DNA of 64,000 nucleotides from Octopus sinensis (GCF_006345805.1 NC_043021.1:13516001-13580000), one strand, 5' to 3'; counted from the first letter of the stretch, positions 1-13,669 are shown. Program-made: numbers and translations. Notes: generated by a model not told the origin, from the letters alone.

Positions 1-108
1 CGCAACCGCTGAGCCTGGATGCGCATTCATCCATCCATCGATGCTCTCGGTGTTGGGGGTTGACCAGCTTTCTCTTCTGCGGGTCTTACGAATAGCAAAG
101 GACCACAT
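1..108 (-). CDS. Possible N-terminal coding exon of an unidentified gene running off the window (MWSFAIRKTRRRESWSTPNTESIDGWMNAHPGSAVA...)
   Basis: Non-repetitive, higher-GC sequence. ATG at 108-106 opens a frame that stays open to base 1. A candidate acceptor (ttttcttgcttag) at 291-290 would start the exon at 289. No recognisable homology. Confidence 0.3.
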   Translation of the reverse strand, partial: MWSFAIRKTRRRESWSTPNTESIDGWMNAHPGSAVA

Positions 109-611
109 TTCGGACTTCTCCCACTACAGAGGCACGATCTTGCGAGCTCTGGGACGAAGACCGCTTCACTCAACAGCAACAGCAACAGTAGCAGCAATGA
201 CAGATAGGGTGGAAGCTGGAACAATCCTCGTCGCTGCCACTAATGTCTTCAGATACTGCAAAGATGTGATCTGATAGGAATCTTCAGATCTAAGCAAGAA
301 AACATGAAAGAGAAACTGTAGGAGGTGAACAGAGCCAGCAGGTTCTTAGGCCAGACATGGGCAAAGTCTTTGATGATGTCAAGTGCAGCAAAACCGTTTT
401 AAATGCTGAAGTGCTTTGGTGATAGCAGTGGTTGGGTGTGTGCATGTGTGGGTTGATAGTAATGGTGGCGGCAGCGGCGGCGGCGGCGGCGGCGGTGGTG
501 GTGGTGGCGGTGGTGGTGGTGACTGTGGTAGTGGAGTTGAGTGTAATGATACTGACACATGCAAACATACATATGTATGTATATCTATTGACCTATCTGT
601 TTGCCTGTCTG

Positions 612-642
<31 letters not shown>

Positions 643-669
643 GTCTATCTATCTATCTATCTATTTATC

Positions 670-745
670 TATAATAATAATAGTAATAATGAAATTATTG
701 TATACAGTACTCAAGTGCACCACAACTTGTCAGAAAGTGCTACTC
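670..745 (-). mobile_element. 3' tail fragment of CR1-like LINE
   Basis: Matches the 3' end (gcactttctgacaagttgtggtgcac...tttcattattatt) of the copies at 9.6-10.0 kb and 54.7-55.3 kb. Confidence 0.7.
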
Positions 746-1315
746 TCTCTCTCTCTCTTTCTCTGTGTGTGTATGTGTGTGTGTGTGGTGTGTGTGTGTG
801 TGTATAGGAGAAGAAAATGTAATATAATAACAAGGAGAAACTCGTGGTTTTCGCTGGTATGCCTTTAATTTAATTAGATAACAAAGAAGTAGGAAAGTAT
901 ACCAGTGAAAACCATGATTTTCCTATTGTTATTACATCCATTTTATTCTCCTATATAACCTAAATTATGGTTTACCAACCAAACCACCTGCTACCAAACA
1001 AATTTATGAAAGACTGTACCTTCCCAGGTAATAACCAGGAGCAACTTTGGATTGAGTTATCACTTAGAGATAATAAACCCGAATGAATTATCCTTTGTTT
1101 ACAGCTAACATGGAAAATTCTATAAACAGTTACCAGGGTAGCAAAATTCACGCAAGTAACAAGTATGTCGACAGTAAAAGAACTTGAATAACACCTGCGC
1201 TCAACTCCATTTATTTACTTATACATACATACATACATACATACATACATACATACATACACATATATATATATTTATTCCACGTCCTCGCGTTGTTGTG
1301 TTTCCATGTTTGGAT

Positions 1316-1352
<37 letters not shown>

Positions 1353-1384
1353 TGTGGAATCACAATAACTTGAGAGACTTATAT

Positions 1385-1515
1385 ATCATGCATTGTGTCT
1401 CCAAGCAATCCTTTCCGGTTCAAATACACAACATGGCTGGTCTTATTTCAAAATCAAAGGACAAAAGTCTATGAGAAAACATGAAAAAAAACAAGAAGGT
1501 GACTATGAAAGTTGG

Positions 1516-1546
<31 letters not shown>

Positions 1547-2262
1547 GTTTAATGTCCGTTTTCCGTGCTAGCACGGGTTGGACGGTTCGACCAGGGTCTG
1601 GGAAGCCTGGGGCTGCACCAGGCTCCAGTCTGATCTGGCAGTGTTTCTACAGCTGGATACCCTTCCTAATGCCAACCGCTCCGCAAGTGTAGTGGGTGCT
1701 TTTTTACGTGCCACCTGCACAGGTGCCAGGGGAGTCTGGCATCGGCCATGATCGGTTGGTGCTTTTAACATGCCACCGGCACGGAAGCCAGCCAAGGCGG
1801 CGCTGGCATCGGCCACGTTCAGATGGCGCTTTTTATGTGCCACTGGCACAGAAGCTAGTCGAGGCAGTACTGGCAACAGCCACATTCGAATGGAGCTTTT
1901 TATGTGCCACCGGCACAGAAGCCAGTCGAGGCAGTACTGGCAACGGCCACGTTCGGATGGAGCTTTTTATGTGCCACCGGCACAGAAGCCACTCAAGGCG
2001 GCACTGGCAACGGCCACATTCGGATAGGAAAAAAACCAATGGGACACAACACTTGGTTTTCTTTCCTTTCGTTCTTTTTCCATATCCATTTACCTTTTGT
2101 TTTTCTTTCCGCATTTTCTCATTCCACCTTTTGTATTCACCTTCTTCTTGCTTTTTCTCATGTTTTCTCATAGACCAGAATCCTTTCGAAGTTTTCAAAT
2201 AAGACCAGCCGTGTTGAGCATTCGAGTCTGAGGGTCTGCTTGGAGATGCAATGCATGACATC
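1385..2262. repeat. Fold-back element with ~130-bp inverted arms, interrupted by a SINE
   Basis: 1385-1518 is the diverged reverse complement of 2121-2262. Confidence 0.75.
1518..2025 (-). mobile_element. SINE family C ((GAT)n tail, internal ~61-bp tandem repeats). Other copies near 15135-15460, 17420-17745, 22170-22450, 27770-27915, 28920-29055, 34580-34800, 36325-36482, 53185-53390 and 59660-59820
   Basis: Shared block tggttggcgttaggaagggcatccagctgtagaaac...ccatgctagcatggaaaacggacgttaaacgatgatga, plus repeated gtgccaccggcac...gttcggatggagctttttat units. Confidence 0.8.
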
Positions 2263-4940
2263 ATATGATCACATGACTGACCAGGCTATCAGATGTTGGT
2301 CTCCAGTTCGCTGAGCTGTAGAAATGAGTTGCAACATCACTGGTGCCCAAGCTGTATCAGCCTTTGCCTTTCTCTTGGATAACATCAGTGGCATGGAAAG
2401 GTGAGGCTGGTATGCATGGGTGATTACTGGGTTTCCACAAAACAACCTCGCCTGACTTGTGCCTCGGAGGGCTAATCCCATGATCGTTCATGACCGAAGG
2501 GGGTCTTAACCCTTTTGATATATACTAGTCTGTGTATCATATTTAAAGCAGATATATTGTTGAAAGCCTAATTAACTGAGGCATTCAGTCTGAGATTGTA
2601 TCTCATATTGAAGCACAATATTAAAAACATGCATAAGTATATTAGTAGAAGACAAAATCGTCCAGTAGCAAGGGCGACATTACTAAAAATGCATTTCTGC
2701 TTCTTTGGGCTTCATCAGTGACAAGTATCCACTGGAAATTGCATGCTAAGACTAAATCTACTGTTACTGATATAAGACAACAGTGACTGAAAAATCACTG
2801 ATGCTGCAAGCAGCCAACAGGTAGAATATTGATTCATTTAGGGTTTTTTTTTTATTATTATTTATAAGTTGAGGTTTTCATTCTCTTTGCTATCCCAAAT
2901 TTAAAGAAAGAAAATTAACTTTTCTGCCCCAAGAGGAGCAGGGAGGAGGAGGAGGGAAGAAGGCAGAGGACGAGGATGGGGAAAAGAGGGGGTGGAGAAA
3001 GAGAGGAAGAGGCAGAGGAGAAGGAGGAGGAGAGGTTGCAAAGAACTAAGGAAAGATCAGAGCTCCGTTGAAATACCACAAACTTTCTGAATGAGCATGC
3101 AAAGGTGAACAAGAGAGAGAGAGATAGACAGACAGACAGACAGACAGACGGACAGATGGACAGACAGACAGGCAGGCAGACAGACTGAAAGAAAGAAAGA
3201 AAGAACTGTTATTGTGTTTGCATTGGAACAGTGTGTTCTTTGTTTGCCTTTTGTTTTATTATTCATTGTCCTTTTTTATCAAACAAATCTGTTTTCTTTT
3301 TTTAAATTTTCTTTGAGGAATTTCTCTACACCTGAAATTAAAACTAAGAAATTGGTTAAATAAATAAATTTTACAAAATAAATAGATCAAAGAGTCCCTT
3401 CCCTCTCCGAAAGAAAAGAGCCAATGACCGGACGAACCAATTGTGATGTAGCAAGTTGATGAAGAAATGAAACCATTTAGATTCTTGGTACAATTGCTTA
3501 ATTAATTAATTACTTAAATAGCGGTTGTGGTGGGGGGTGAGGGGTGGAACTTACATTTTTTTTTGTTTTTTGCTGTTGTTTTTTTTGTTGTTTTTTATGG
3601 TGTGAGTGTGAGTGAAGGTCAACAACAACGCCACAAAATAGGCAGCAAAGTTGACTTGAATGACTCCCTTCCGTGCCCCTGCCCCACCACTCACACACGC
3701 AACCACCACCACCACCCCAGTTCCACCACCACCACCACCACCCTTCACTCCTGTGTCTTGGAATGGAAAACGAAAAGGTGGTGGCGGCGGCAGCAGTGGT
3801 GGGTGGGGGTAGAGGTGTTGGGATGGGGGTGGGGGGTTAGAGGTGTTGGTGGTTTTGGTAGCGCTGGTGGTGGTGGTGGTGGTGGTGGTGGTGATGGTTT
3901 CAGAGTTGTTAGCTGAAGTGGAGGGATTTGATTAGGAAGGTCGTTGGAGGATGGGAATGGATGATAGAGGTGAAGTGAGGTGTGGGTGGGGTTGGGGGGT
4001 GAAGGTTTTTGCGGGGGAGGTGGGGGTCAAGTATCTGAAATTGGTTTCAATCAATGAAGATGCAGAATTAAAATGTTTTAAGACGATTCCACATTGAACT
4101 TGGTTGTCTTCTGACTCAGTGAATTGTTGAATAATGCAGAAAGAAGGAAGAGAAAAGCAGGGGTGGGGGTGGGGTTAAAGAGAGACATACAGACAGACAG
4201 AAAGAAAGAGAATGAAAGAGAGAGAGGAAGGGAAAAGATGAAGAGAGAGACAAGAAGAAAGAGAGAGAGAGGGGCAGAAAAAGGGAAAGAAATTAAGGGA
4301 GACACAGATAGAAAAAGACAGACAGGTAGAGAGGAAGAGAGAGAGAAAAAGAAGACGAGAAAGACAGAGTGAAACAAAAGGAGAGACAGACAGACAGAAA
4401 GAGAGAGTGACAGGTAGAGAGAAAGTGAGAAAGACAGGTAGACAGAAATAGAAGGAGAGAGAGAAAGACAGGGAGAGATAGAGATTGATAGAGACAGAGA
4501 AAAAGAAACAGAAAGAGAGGAAGAGAGAGAAAAAGAGAGAAAATGGGAGAAAAAGAAAGAGTACAAGAAGTGCAATAGAGAGAGAGAGAGAAAGAGAGAG
4601 TGAGAAAAGAGTGGAGTAAGATCAGGGGAAAAAATGTGAAAGAAAGTAATTCCTTCATTTAAATGAGGTTAATTTTGTTAATTAATCAATTTAGAAAGAA
4701 TGAATTTTAAACTTACGTATGGTTAGTGTATTGCTAAGTTTATTTCTGCTTTTGTATTGTTTTTTTTTAATTGTATTTCTGTGTGAATGTGTGTGTGGTG
4801 TGTGTGTGTACAGATGTGCATGTGTGCATGTGTGTATTGCATGCATTTTTACATCTGTGTGAGTTTGCTGAAGTATGTCTGCTCCATGTATTCCATATGA
4901 GTTTTAGGTGCAAATTTCTGTGTACGTGTGTTTATGTGTA

Positions 4941-4981
<41 letters not shown>

Positions 4982-6429
4982 TGTGTGAGCATGCAAGAAA
5001 GTACTGGAGTCGATTTGTTTAACTAAACCCTTCAAAGCAGTGCCCCAGCCTGGCCGTAGTCGAATGACAGAAGCAAGGACTCTAAGTAAGAGAGATATGT
5101 CCTCACAATATTTGGAAGTCTGTGTGAGAAGTAAAAATCCTTCTTGAACTCTTCTCCTGATATGTATATCAAACCAATGGAAAATATGACCTCATAAACT
5201 TGAAAGCAAAACAAAAATAAAGGTGAGAGACAAGTATAATAATTAATGGAAAGGATAGAGGAACAGACATGAATAAACTCATTTCATCAGCCAACTTTTA
5301 TCCAGAGTCTTTACAGTTTCAGCACTTGGAAAAAGTTGGTATCTCTCATCTGGAAAACATCTAGGTTCAAACAAAATGAAATGAAGATAAGTCTTATGGC
5401 TAAAAGCATACAGAGTGTTATAAAAAGAAAAAAAATGAAGAAAAAATGTCAAGTCTTTTCTAAGGAAAACAAACAGAACAGACTTAAGAAAGGTGCAACA
5501 AAGAAGAACAAGTGGATATAGAGTATAAACAAAGGTGTCTTGCAACTTTTGGGTAGATATAACTTGGACAGAATGAAATATTTGATAGTCAGTGCTATTT
5601 TTGCGAGACAAAAACCGAACAGAAAGGAGTGGTGGATATAAGCAAGAGTGGGTGGCAAGGAAGGTGGAGAGTAAGAATGAGAGAGAGAGAGAGAAAGGAC
5701 AAGATAGAGCAGACAGAAAGAAAACTTGTGTGAGTCACAATGAGAGAAAACAAGTCGATTATGACGTAAAATATACTAGAAATGAAAATCAAAATAACAG
5801 TGAAAGACTTGTGCAATAATTAATAAAAAGGACTAAAAAAACATGGATGAACCCATTTCATCATCAGCCGAATTTTTGTCCAGAAGCAATATGATTTCGC
5901 CACCTCTTCTCTGTCTCCACTATCGTTTTCACATACCACCTTTGCCCTTTCTTTCTCTCTATTTCACTGTCTATTTTGCATTGATATATTGACGTCATCG
6001 TTTAATATCTGCTTTCCATGCTGGCATGGGCTGAATGGTTTGACCGAGGGCTGCGATGTTACTGTTTGTTACTAACATCGCATTTTGGCCTCACCTAGTT
6101 TTCTCTCATTGATACATACATGTATCAAATTTCTCATGATGGGTTCATTATAAGTTGATTACGCCATACCCTCTGCAACGCTACACCTACTAACTGGCAC
6201 TTCACATATAAACTTTCACCCCTGTAACACGGACCATAACCAATAAACCCACCACTAAAGTTCTATGGAAACTCAGTGTGAACTACTGCCTAAAATTATC
6301 CTTCCTGCAAAAAATTCCTCCTGAGAACGATTATATTCACCTACCCAACACTGGATGAAATAACGTGGATCTTAGAACATATTACAGGAAGTCTGTATCT
6401 TATTTCCTCTTGCTATACTCTTTACTTGG

Positions 6430-6991
6430 ATAATTCACCTTTGGAAACATGGGTGGTTCGTTCAACATCCTTAAACAACCCTTATTCAGGAATCTTTTGA
6501 GCGGGATGGGTTACTCGACCAGAAGAAAATTCTAACTGGGCCCCACCTGCAAGGTCATGAGTTGTTTATCTTGATATGAGATCACCATGTCATGCACATA
6601 TGGTTGTGATGCATGTGCCTGGTGTACCCTTATCAGACGAGTAGTCATAATGGGTATACTGGGCTTTGTATATTTTAGCCCAGTGTCACTTTGATAGCAT
6701 GCACTGCTCTCTCACTCAATAATAATAATAATAATAATAATAATAATTATTATTATTATTATTATTATTATTATAATCCTTTCTACTATAGGCATAAGGT
6801 CTAAAATTTTGGAGGAGCGGGGTCAGTCGATTACATCAACCCTCAGTGTTCAACTGGTACTTATTTTACCACCCCTGAAAGGATGTAAGGTTAAGTTGAC
6901 CACAGCGGAATTTGAACTCAGAACATAAGGATGAACAAAATGCCGCTAAGCATTTTACCTGGCATGCTAATGATTCTGCCAGCTTGCTGCC

Positions 6992-7044
<53 letters not shown>

Positions 7045-7830
7045 CCTTTCTACTAAAGGTACAAGGCTCAAAATACTTGAGGAGGGGAGTCATCAGTTAC
7101 ATCGACCCCAGTGTTTCACTGGTACTTAATTCATCAGCCCCAGAGGAATGAAAGGCAGAATTGACCTCGGTAGAATTTGAAAACAGGGCAAAGATGGATA
7201 AAATACTGCTAAGCATTTCGCCCAGCATACTGATTATTCTACTAAATAATAATATAATAATAATAATAAATGCCCTGATGTAGTACCAAGCAGTGGCTCT
7301 CGTGGCTTCTGATCTTAACTGATTGGAAGTGTTATCATGTACATTGTTTTGTCTTGGTATAAAAGATGGGCTACAGCAAATATTCTGCTCAATAACACAG
7401 ATTTGCCTGTCAGTTGATTGACCTAAACCAGTTGAGCATGTCCCTTAGTGGCTGACGATATGTGCATCTCTGATCACGAGCAGAAGTAGTGGGGAGCATC
7501 ATAGCCATGTGTTGAGAGGGATTCTTTGGAGTTTGAAAAATTCACCTTTGGAAACATGGGTATTTTGTTCAACATCCTTAAACAATCCTTATTCAGGGAT
7601 CTTTTGAGCGGGATGGGCTACTCAACCAGAAGAAAATTCTAATTGGGCCCCACCTGCAAGGTCAGGGGCTGTTTATCTTGATATGAGATCACCATGTCGT
7701 GCATATATGGTTGTGCTGCATGTGCCTGGTGTACCCTTATCAGACAGGTGGTCATGATGGGTATACTGGGCTTCGTATATTTTACCCCAGTGTCACTTTG
7801 ATGGCATGAACTGCTCTCTCACTCAATAAT
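6430..7830. mobile_element. Two copies (6430-6722 partial, 7268-7830) of a dispersed element embedded in (AAT)n; third fragment reversed at 10083-10240
   Basis: Closely similar ~290-bp block ttcacctttggaaacatggg...ctctctcactcaataataat. The longer copy is bounded by (AAT)n on both sides. Confidence 0.7.
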
Positions 7831-8321
7831 AATAATAATGATGATGATGAAGATGATGGTGATTTCTTTATTAACCACAAGGGTTTACATGAATAAAAAC
7901 ATTATGGACAGCACAGGACAAAACAAAAAAACGTGTGTGTGTATGTGTGCGAGTGTGTGTATTTGTGAGGGTTTTGCATGTAAACAAGACTCATAAAATT
8001 AATAAAATGATGATGATGATGATGAATAAAATGTCAAATGTTTTGGTGCACGACTTTTGGCCCAGCCTGCATATACATTTGCACACATAATTATGTTGTT
8101 TTGTTCTTCCCCTATCTCTCCCCCATCTTCCCCTTTTCACAACTCTGCCCCCTCTCTCTTCTTTTACTCCCTGTCTCTCTTCCTCTCCTTCCTTCTTTCT
8201 TTGTTTTTCTTCAGAGTTTTTTTTTTCTTTTCACACTTCCCTCCTTACTTATTTCCTTTCCCTCTTCTCTCTCGATTACAACAACTGTAGTAAGGCTGTT
8301 GACATGAAGTAATACAGCATG

Positions 8322-8360
<39 letters not shown>

Positions 8361-9631
8361 TATATATATATATATATATAATATATATATATATAATATA
8401 TATATATATAATATGTCACAATCAAAATGAAATATAATGCTTGCCATCCACTGAAATAAAATATAGCAAACTATCGTTTTACACTTTGTAATTAAAGACT
8501 TGAAATATCTTCTTGGCAAAAATAAAAACATATATTTCATCAGCGGTAGCAGAAGCAGAGGAAACAGTAGCAGCAGCAGCAGTGGAAGCAGCAGCAGCAG
8601 GAGGAGCAGCGACAGCAGCAGCCATTCGAGAATTTGGACCTGGAGATCTCCATTTCCAGCGACTTTGAGGGCCACCTCCCAGTGGTGTCGGGCGTCAATG
8701 AAGAGCCCTCGACTACAACAAGACGACCAAAGTTTTTTCTTTTTCCAAGGCCTGGGGTCTCCCGCCCCTAAGCCCTAGACCATCACCTAATCACCCTTAC
8801 CCGTCTTGTTGCTTAACAACAACAACAGCAGCAGCAGCAGTGCTGGTGTGTTTATATCCCTACAATTTAGTGGTTTGACAAAAGAGACTATGTACTAGGC
8901 TTTACAAAAAATAAAAAGTGCTGGGGTTGGTTTGTTCAACTAAAATTCTTTGATGTGGTGCCCCAGCATGGCCACAGTCTAATGACTTAAACAAGAGAAG
9001 GATTAAAATATATATATATATATATATATGATAGGCTTCTTTCAATTTCTGTTTACCAAATTCACTCACAAGGTTTTCCGTTTGCCCTGGGTATCATAAA
9101 AGACAGTTGCCCAAGATACCACAAAGTGGAATTGAACCTGGAACCATGTGCTTAGAAAGCAAACTTCTTACCACACAGCTACACTACTTGTGCTGAAATA
9201 CCATTCAACGAAATTTTTCAAAACACAAAGATGAAAAAAAATATGTTTGCACTGAATTTTTGAGTGCAAGTAAAACAGAAATATATATATTTATAAATAT
9301 ATATAATCTATATATTTGTCTCTTGTGAGATGGAGAGGAGGTGGCAGAAATATGCATATTGCTTTGAATCTTAAAACTGCATCATGTTTTAACCTATTTC
9401 TAAATTTAGTTACTTTATTACCATGAGTATATAATAAACTATGCCCTTGTTATAAACTAATAACTACTATTGATATTATTGTTGTTGTCGTTATTAAGGT
9501 GGTGTGCTGGCGAAATTTTTAGCATGCCGAGGAAAATGCTCAGTGGTATTTAATCCGTTTTTACGGTCTGAGGTTCAAATCCTGCCAAGATCAACTTTGT
9601 TCTTCATCGTTTCGAGGTCGATGAAATATTA

Positions 9632-10025
9632 TTAACCATCTTACAAACAATAACTCTAAGCACCTTTTCAAACTCCACCCGTCTAGCACCCGTGGACATA
9701 TTTACAAAGTCAGAAAACAGCACAGCTCCCATGACTTTAGGAAACATTTTTTCACACTGAGAGTTGCTGAAGCATGGAACAAACTGCCGGCATCAGTTTT
9801 TAGTTGTCGGAGCACTGCATCCTTCAAAACTTCCATGCTTCCTGAGATTCGCCAACACTACACCTGATTTTCTCCCCTCCATACACACACAAGCATGTAT
9901 CTGACTCATACATTGTTCGCTTTCCAGACATTTCTACATTACTGCATATACTTTATACGCACTTTCTGACAAGTTGTGGTGCACCTGAGCACTGTATACA
10001 ATAATTTCATTATTATTATTATTAT
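9632..10025 (+). mobile_element. CR1-like LINE 3' end (ORF2 C-terminus, 3' UTR, (ATT)n tail)
   Basis: Translates to HLFKLHPSSTRGHIYKVRKQHSSHDFRKHFFTLRVAEAWNKLPAS, containing the TRGH...RV..WN.LP motif of CR1/L2-group ORF2. Confidence 0.85.
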
Positions 10026-10563
10026 AATTAACAGTTGAGCATTGGAGCTGATGTGATTGATTTGAAATCATTATTATTATTATGACCTTACAGGTGGGAC
10101 CCAGTTAGAATTTTCTTCAGGTCGAGTAGCCCATCCCACTGAAAAGGTTCCTGAATAAGGCTTGTTTAAGGATGATGAACAAAACACACATATTTTCAGA
10201 GGTGAATTATTCAAACCCCCAAAGAATTCCTTTCAATACACATATGTGTGCATATGTGTGAGAGTACGAATGTGTAAGCATGTGTGAATGAGTGTGTACA
10301 TGTATGCGTCAATCTGTGTGTATGATGATGATGATGATGATGAGGAGGAGGAGGAGGGGGGAGGACAGTAATTCTATAGGAGTAGACAACAAACCCTAGG
10401 GCACATACATACATGCCTATGTATGTAGTGTGTGTGTGTGTGTGTGTATTTTATCTTTTACTTATTTCAATCATTAAATTGTGGCCATGCTGCAGCACCA
10501 TGTTGAAGAATTTTTTAATTAAATGAATCAACATACATATGCATGCATGTATGTATGTATGTA

Positions 10564-10632
<69 letters not shown>

Positions 10633-10939
10633 GACAGTCAGACAAGCAGGCAAGCAAGTAGACAGTCAGTCAGACAGACAGACAGACAACACCACACAAT
10701 TTCCACCAACCAGATTCACTCACAAGATGTTGTTCAACTTGGAGCTACAATGGAAGGTGCCACACCGTAGGAGTGAACCTGAAACTGTGTGGTTTACTAA
10801 GTGAGCTTCTTAACCAGGCACTCATCCTTGCCCCTATGCAAATCAATTGTATTTTGTGCACTGTTCAGCTGCAATAGCATGTGTGCAGATAAATGCATTC
10901 CTTGAATGTTCACATTCGTTTGTCCGGAAAGATAAGTAG

Positions 10940-11085
10940 ATATTTAAATTTAATTTAAATGTTGAAATGAATCTAACGGTTTTTGCGAGTTTCTAAATGG
11001 CTTATAAACACCTTCCACGCTGCAATTGTTTTCGTTCCAGCACACGATCTCAGATCAGGTCACTTGCTATGCAAGTACATCTCCG
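10940..11085 (+). mobile_element. Fragment of the fold-back family seen at 49.0-49.5 kb
   Basis: aatttaaatgttgaaatgaatctaacggttttt...caagtacatctc matches the arms at 49032-49170 (reverse) and 49290-49355. Confidence 0.75.
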
Positions 11086-11599
11086 ATAAGTAGATAGTTT
11101 TTCTGTTATTTATTATTTATACTTTTGTATGTCTGAAAGTGAGATTGTCAATTGGTAGAACCCAATCTCAGATAAAACTAAATCGACTACATCAATAAGT
11201 TTACATATCACAGAAGCTGTATTTCCAATGAAGGGGATGTATTTCTGTTCCAATATTCCATCACTCCATCACTTCAATATTTTATTATTCTATCACTCTG
11301 TCATTTCACCATTCCACTATTCCATCATTCTATCAATTTGTTTGTACATCATTCTATCACTCCATTATTTCACCATTCCACTATTCCATCACATTACTAT
11401 TCTATCATTTCATCAATATATTATTCCATCACTCCATCTTTCCATTATTCCACAATTCTACCATTCCATCATTCAGAGCTACAAATTTTACAATGGTAGT
11501 TTATACAACATTAATGAAAATATTTGGTTACTATAGCAACAAGAGGAGTTGCTTATGACCAAGTTGATGGCTTGGCTGAATAGCAACCTAATGGCAATT

Positions 11600-12430
11600 T
11601 TATGTTGACATATTTAATGGTTAATTAGTGCTGACATATTTAATAGCTAATTAGAGATGACTCGTTTCATGGTTAATTAGTGACACATATTTAATGGTTA
11701 ATTTGTGCTGACATTAATGGTTAATTAGGGATGATATATTTAATGGTTAATTAATACCGACATGTTTAACAGTTAATTAATGCTGACATATCTAAGAATT
11801 AATACTGGCATGTTTAATGGTTAATTAATGCTGACATATTTAATGATTGATTAATGCTGACATATCTAAGGGTTAATTAATACTGACATGTTTAATGGTT
11901 AATTAATGCTGACATATTTAATGATTAATTAATGCTGACATATCTAAGGGTTAATTAATACTGACGTGCTTAATGGTTAATTAATGCTGACATATTTAAT
12001 GATTAATTAATGCTGACATATCTAAGGGTTAATTAATACTGACATGTTTAATGGTTAATTAATGCTGACATATTTAATGATTAATTAATGCTGACGTATT
12101 TAAGGGTCAATTAATACTGGCATGTTTAATGGTTAATTAATGCTGATGTATTTAAGGGTTAATTAATGCTGACATATTTAATAGTTAATTAATGGTGGCA
12201 GAATTGTTAGCACACCGGGCAAAATGCTTAGCGGCATTTCATCCATCTTTACATTCTGTGTTCAAATTCAGCCATGGTCAACTTTGCCTTTCATCCCTTC
12301 AGGGACAATAAAATTAGTACCAACTGAGCTCTGGGGTCGATGTGACTTCTCCCGAACATGCTGGCCTTGTGCCAAAATTTGAAACGAATTAGTGATGATA
12401 TATCTAATGGTTAATTAATGCTGATTAACT
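11600..12430. repeat. 26-bp minisatellite with 3-unit (78-bp) higher-order structure, interrupted by a SINE at ~12190-12385
   Basis: Units of consensus GCTGACATATTTAATGGTTAATTAAT, with three variants cycling in order. Confidence 0.9.
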
Positions 12431-12664
12431 AGGAATGATAATTAATGCATGGATTAAATGGAGGAATGGGTGGGTAGATATATGGAAGGACAGGTTGCTG
12501 GATAGGTGGGTGGACAGCCAATGAGTGGATAGGTAAACAGATGAATGGCTGAGTAGATGGACGGGTGGTTGGGTAGGTGACAACATTAGCTGGAGAGGAG
12601 AAATGGATGGATAAATCGGGTGGTTATTTGGGTGGATGACTGGATGTTGGGTGGCTGAATTTAA

Positions 12665-12871
12665 TGTTCTTTTATTCTTTTATTTGTTTCAGTCATCTGA
12701 CTGCGGCCATGCTGGAGCACCGCCTTTATCGAGCAAATCAATCCGAGGACTTATTCTTTGTAAGCCTAGTACTTATTCTATCAGTCTCTCTTGCCAAGCC
12801 ACTAAGTGATGGGGACATAAACACACCAGCATCGGTTGTCAAGCGATGTTGGGGGGGACAAACACACACAA

Positions 12872-12937
<66 letters not shown>

Positions 12938-13100
12938 GACAGGCTTCTTTCAGTTTCCGTCTACCAGATCCACTCATAAGGCTTTGGTCGGCCCAAGGCT
13001 ATAGTAGAAGACACTTGCCCAAGGTGCCATACAGTGGGACTGAACCTGGGAACCATGTAGTTGGTAAGCAAGCTACTTACCACACAGCCACTCCTGCACC
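12665..13100 (-). mobile_element. SINE family A (tRNA-derived, ~400 bp, internal microsatellite)
   Basis: Pol III A/B-box-like head gcaggagtggctgtgtggtaag...ggttcagtccc and tail aaataaaagaataaaaga on the minus strand. Confidence 0.9.
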
Positions 13101-13669
13101 TGATAGGTAGTGAAATAGATGAATGATGGGTGAATAAATAAATGGGTAGATGAACAGATGGACAGATGGATAGATTGATGGATGAGGCAGCTGTTTAGAT
13201 GTATGGACGGATGGATGGATGGATGCATGCATGCATCAGTGGAGGGAGGGATCAGTATGAACGGGTGAATGGATAAATTGATTCATGGATGAATGGGATG
13301 GATGGACAGGTAAGCAAACGTTGTTAACCAATGCATGGATCTAAATAGGTAGGTAGGTCGGATACAGGTAGGTAGGTAGGTAGGTAGGTAGGTACGTAGG
13401 TACGTAGGTAGGTGGGTAGGTAAGGTAGGTGGGTAGGTAGGTAGGTCAGATGCTTAACTATCCAACATTGTGGGATAGTTAAGCAGGTACATAAGTAGGT
13501 AAGTAGGTAGAAATAGGTATGAAGTTATCTGGTTTGGTAGATCGGTAAGTAATTTACATAGATAAGTAAAAGTGTATAGATGTTGGTAGGTGTATAGATA
13601 GGTGGGCGGTAGACATGTAGCTACATAAGTAAGTATACATGTATATCTACTCACACACACACACACACA

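Noticed and set aside
1760-2025. ~61-bp repeats resembling a CRISPR array
   Set aside because: Whole units repeat with no unique spacers, they are internal to a SINE family, and there are no cas genes in this eukaryotic DNA.
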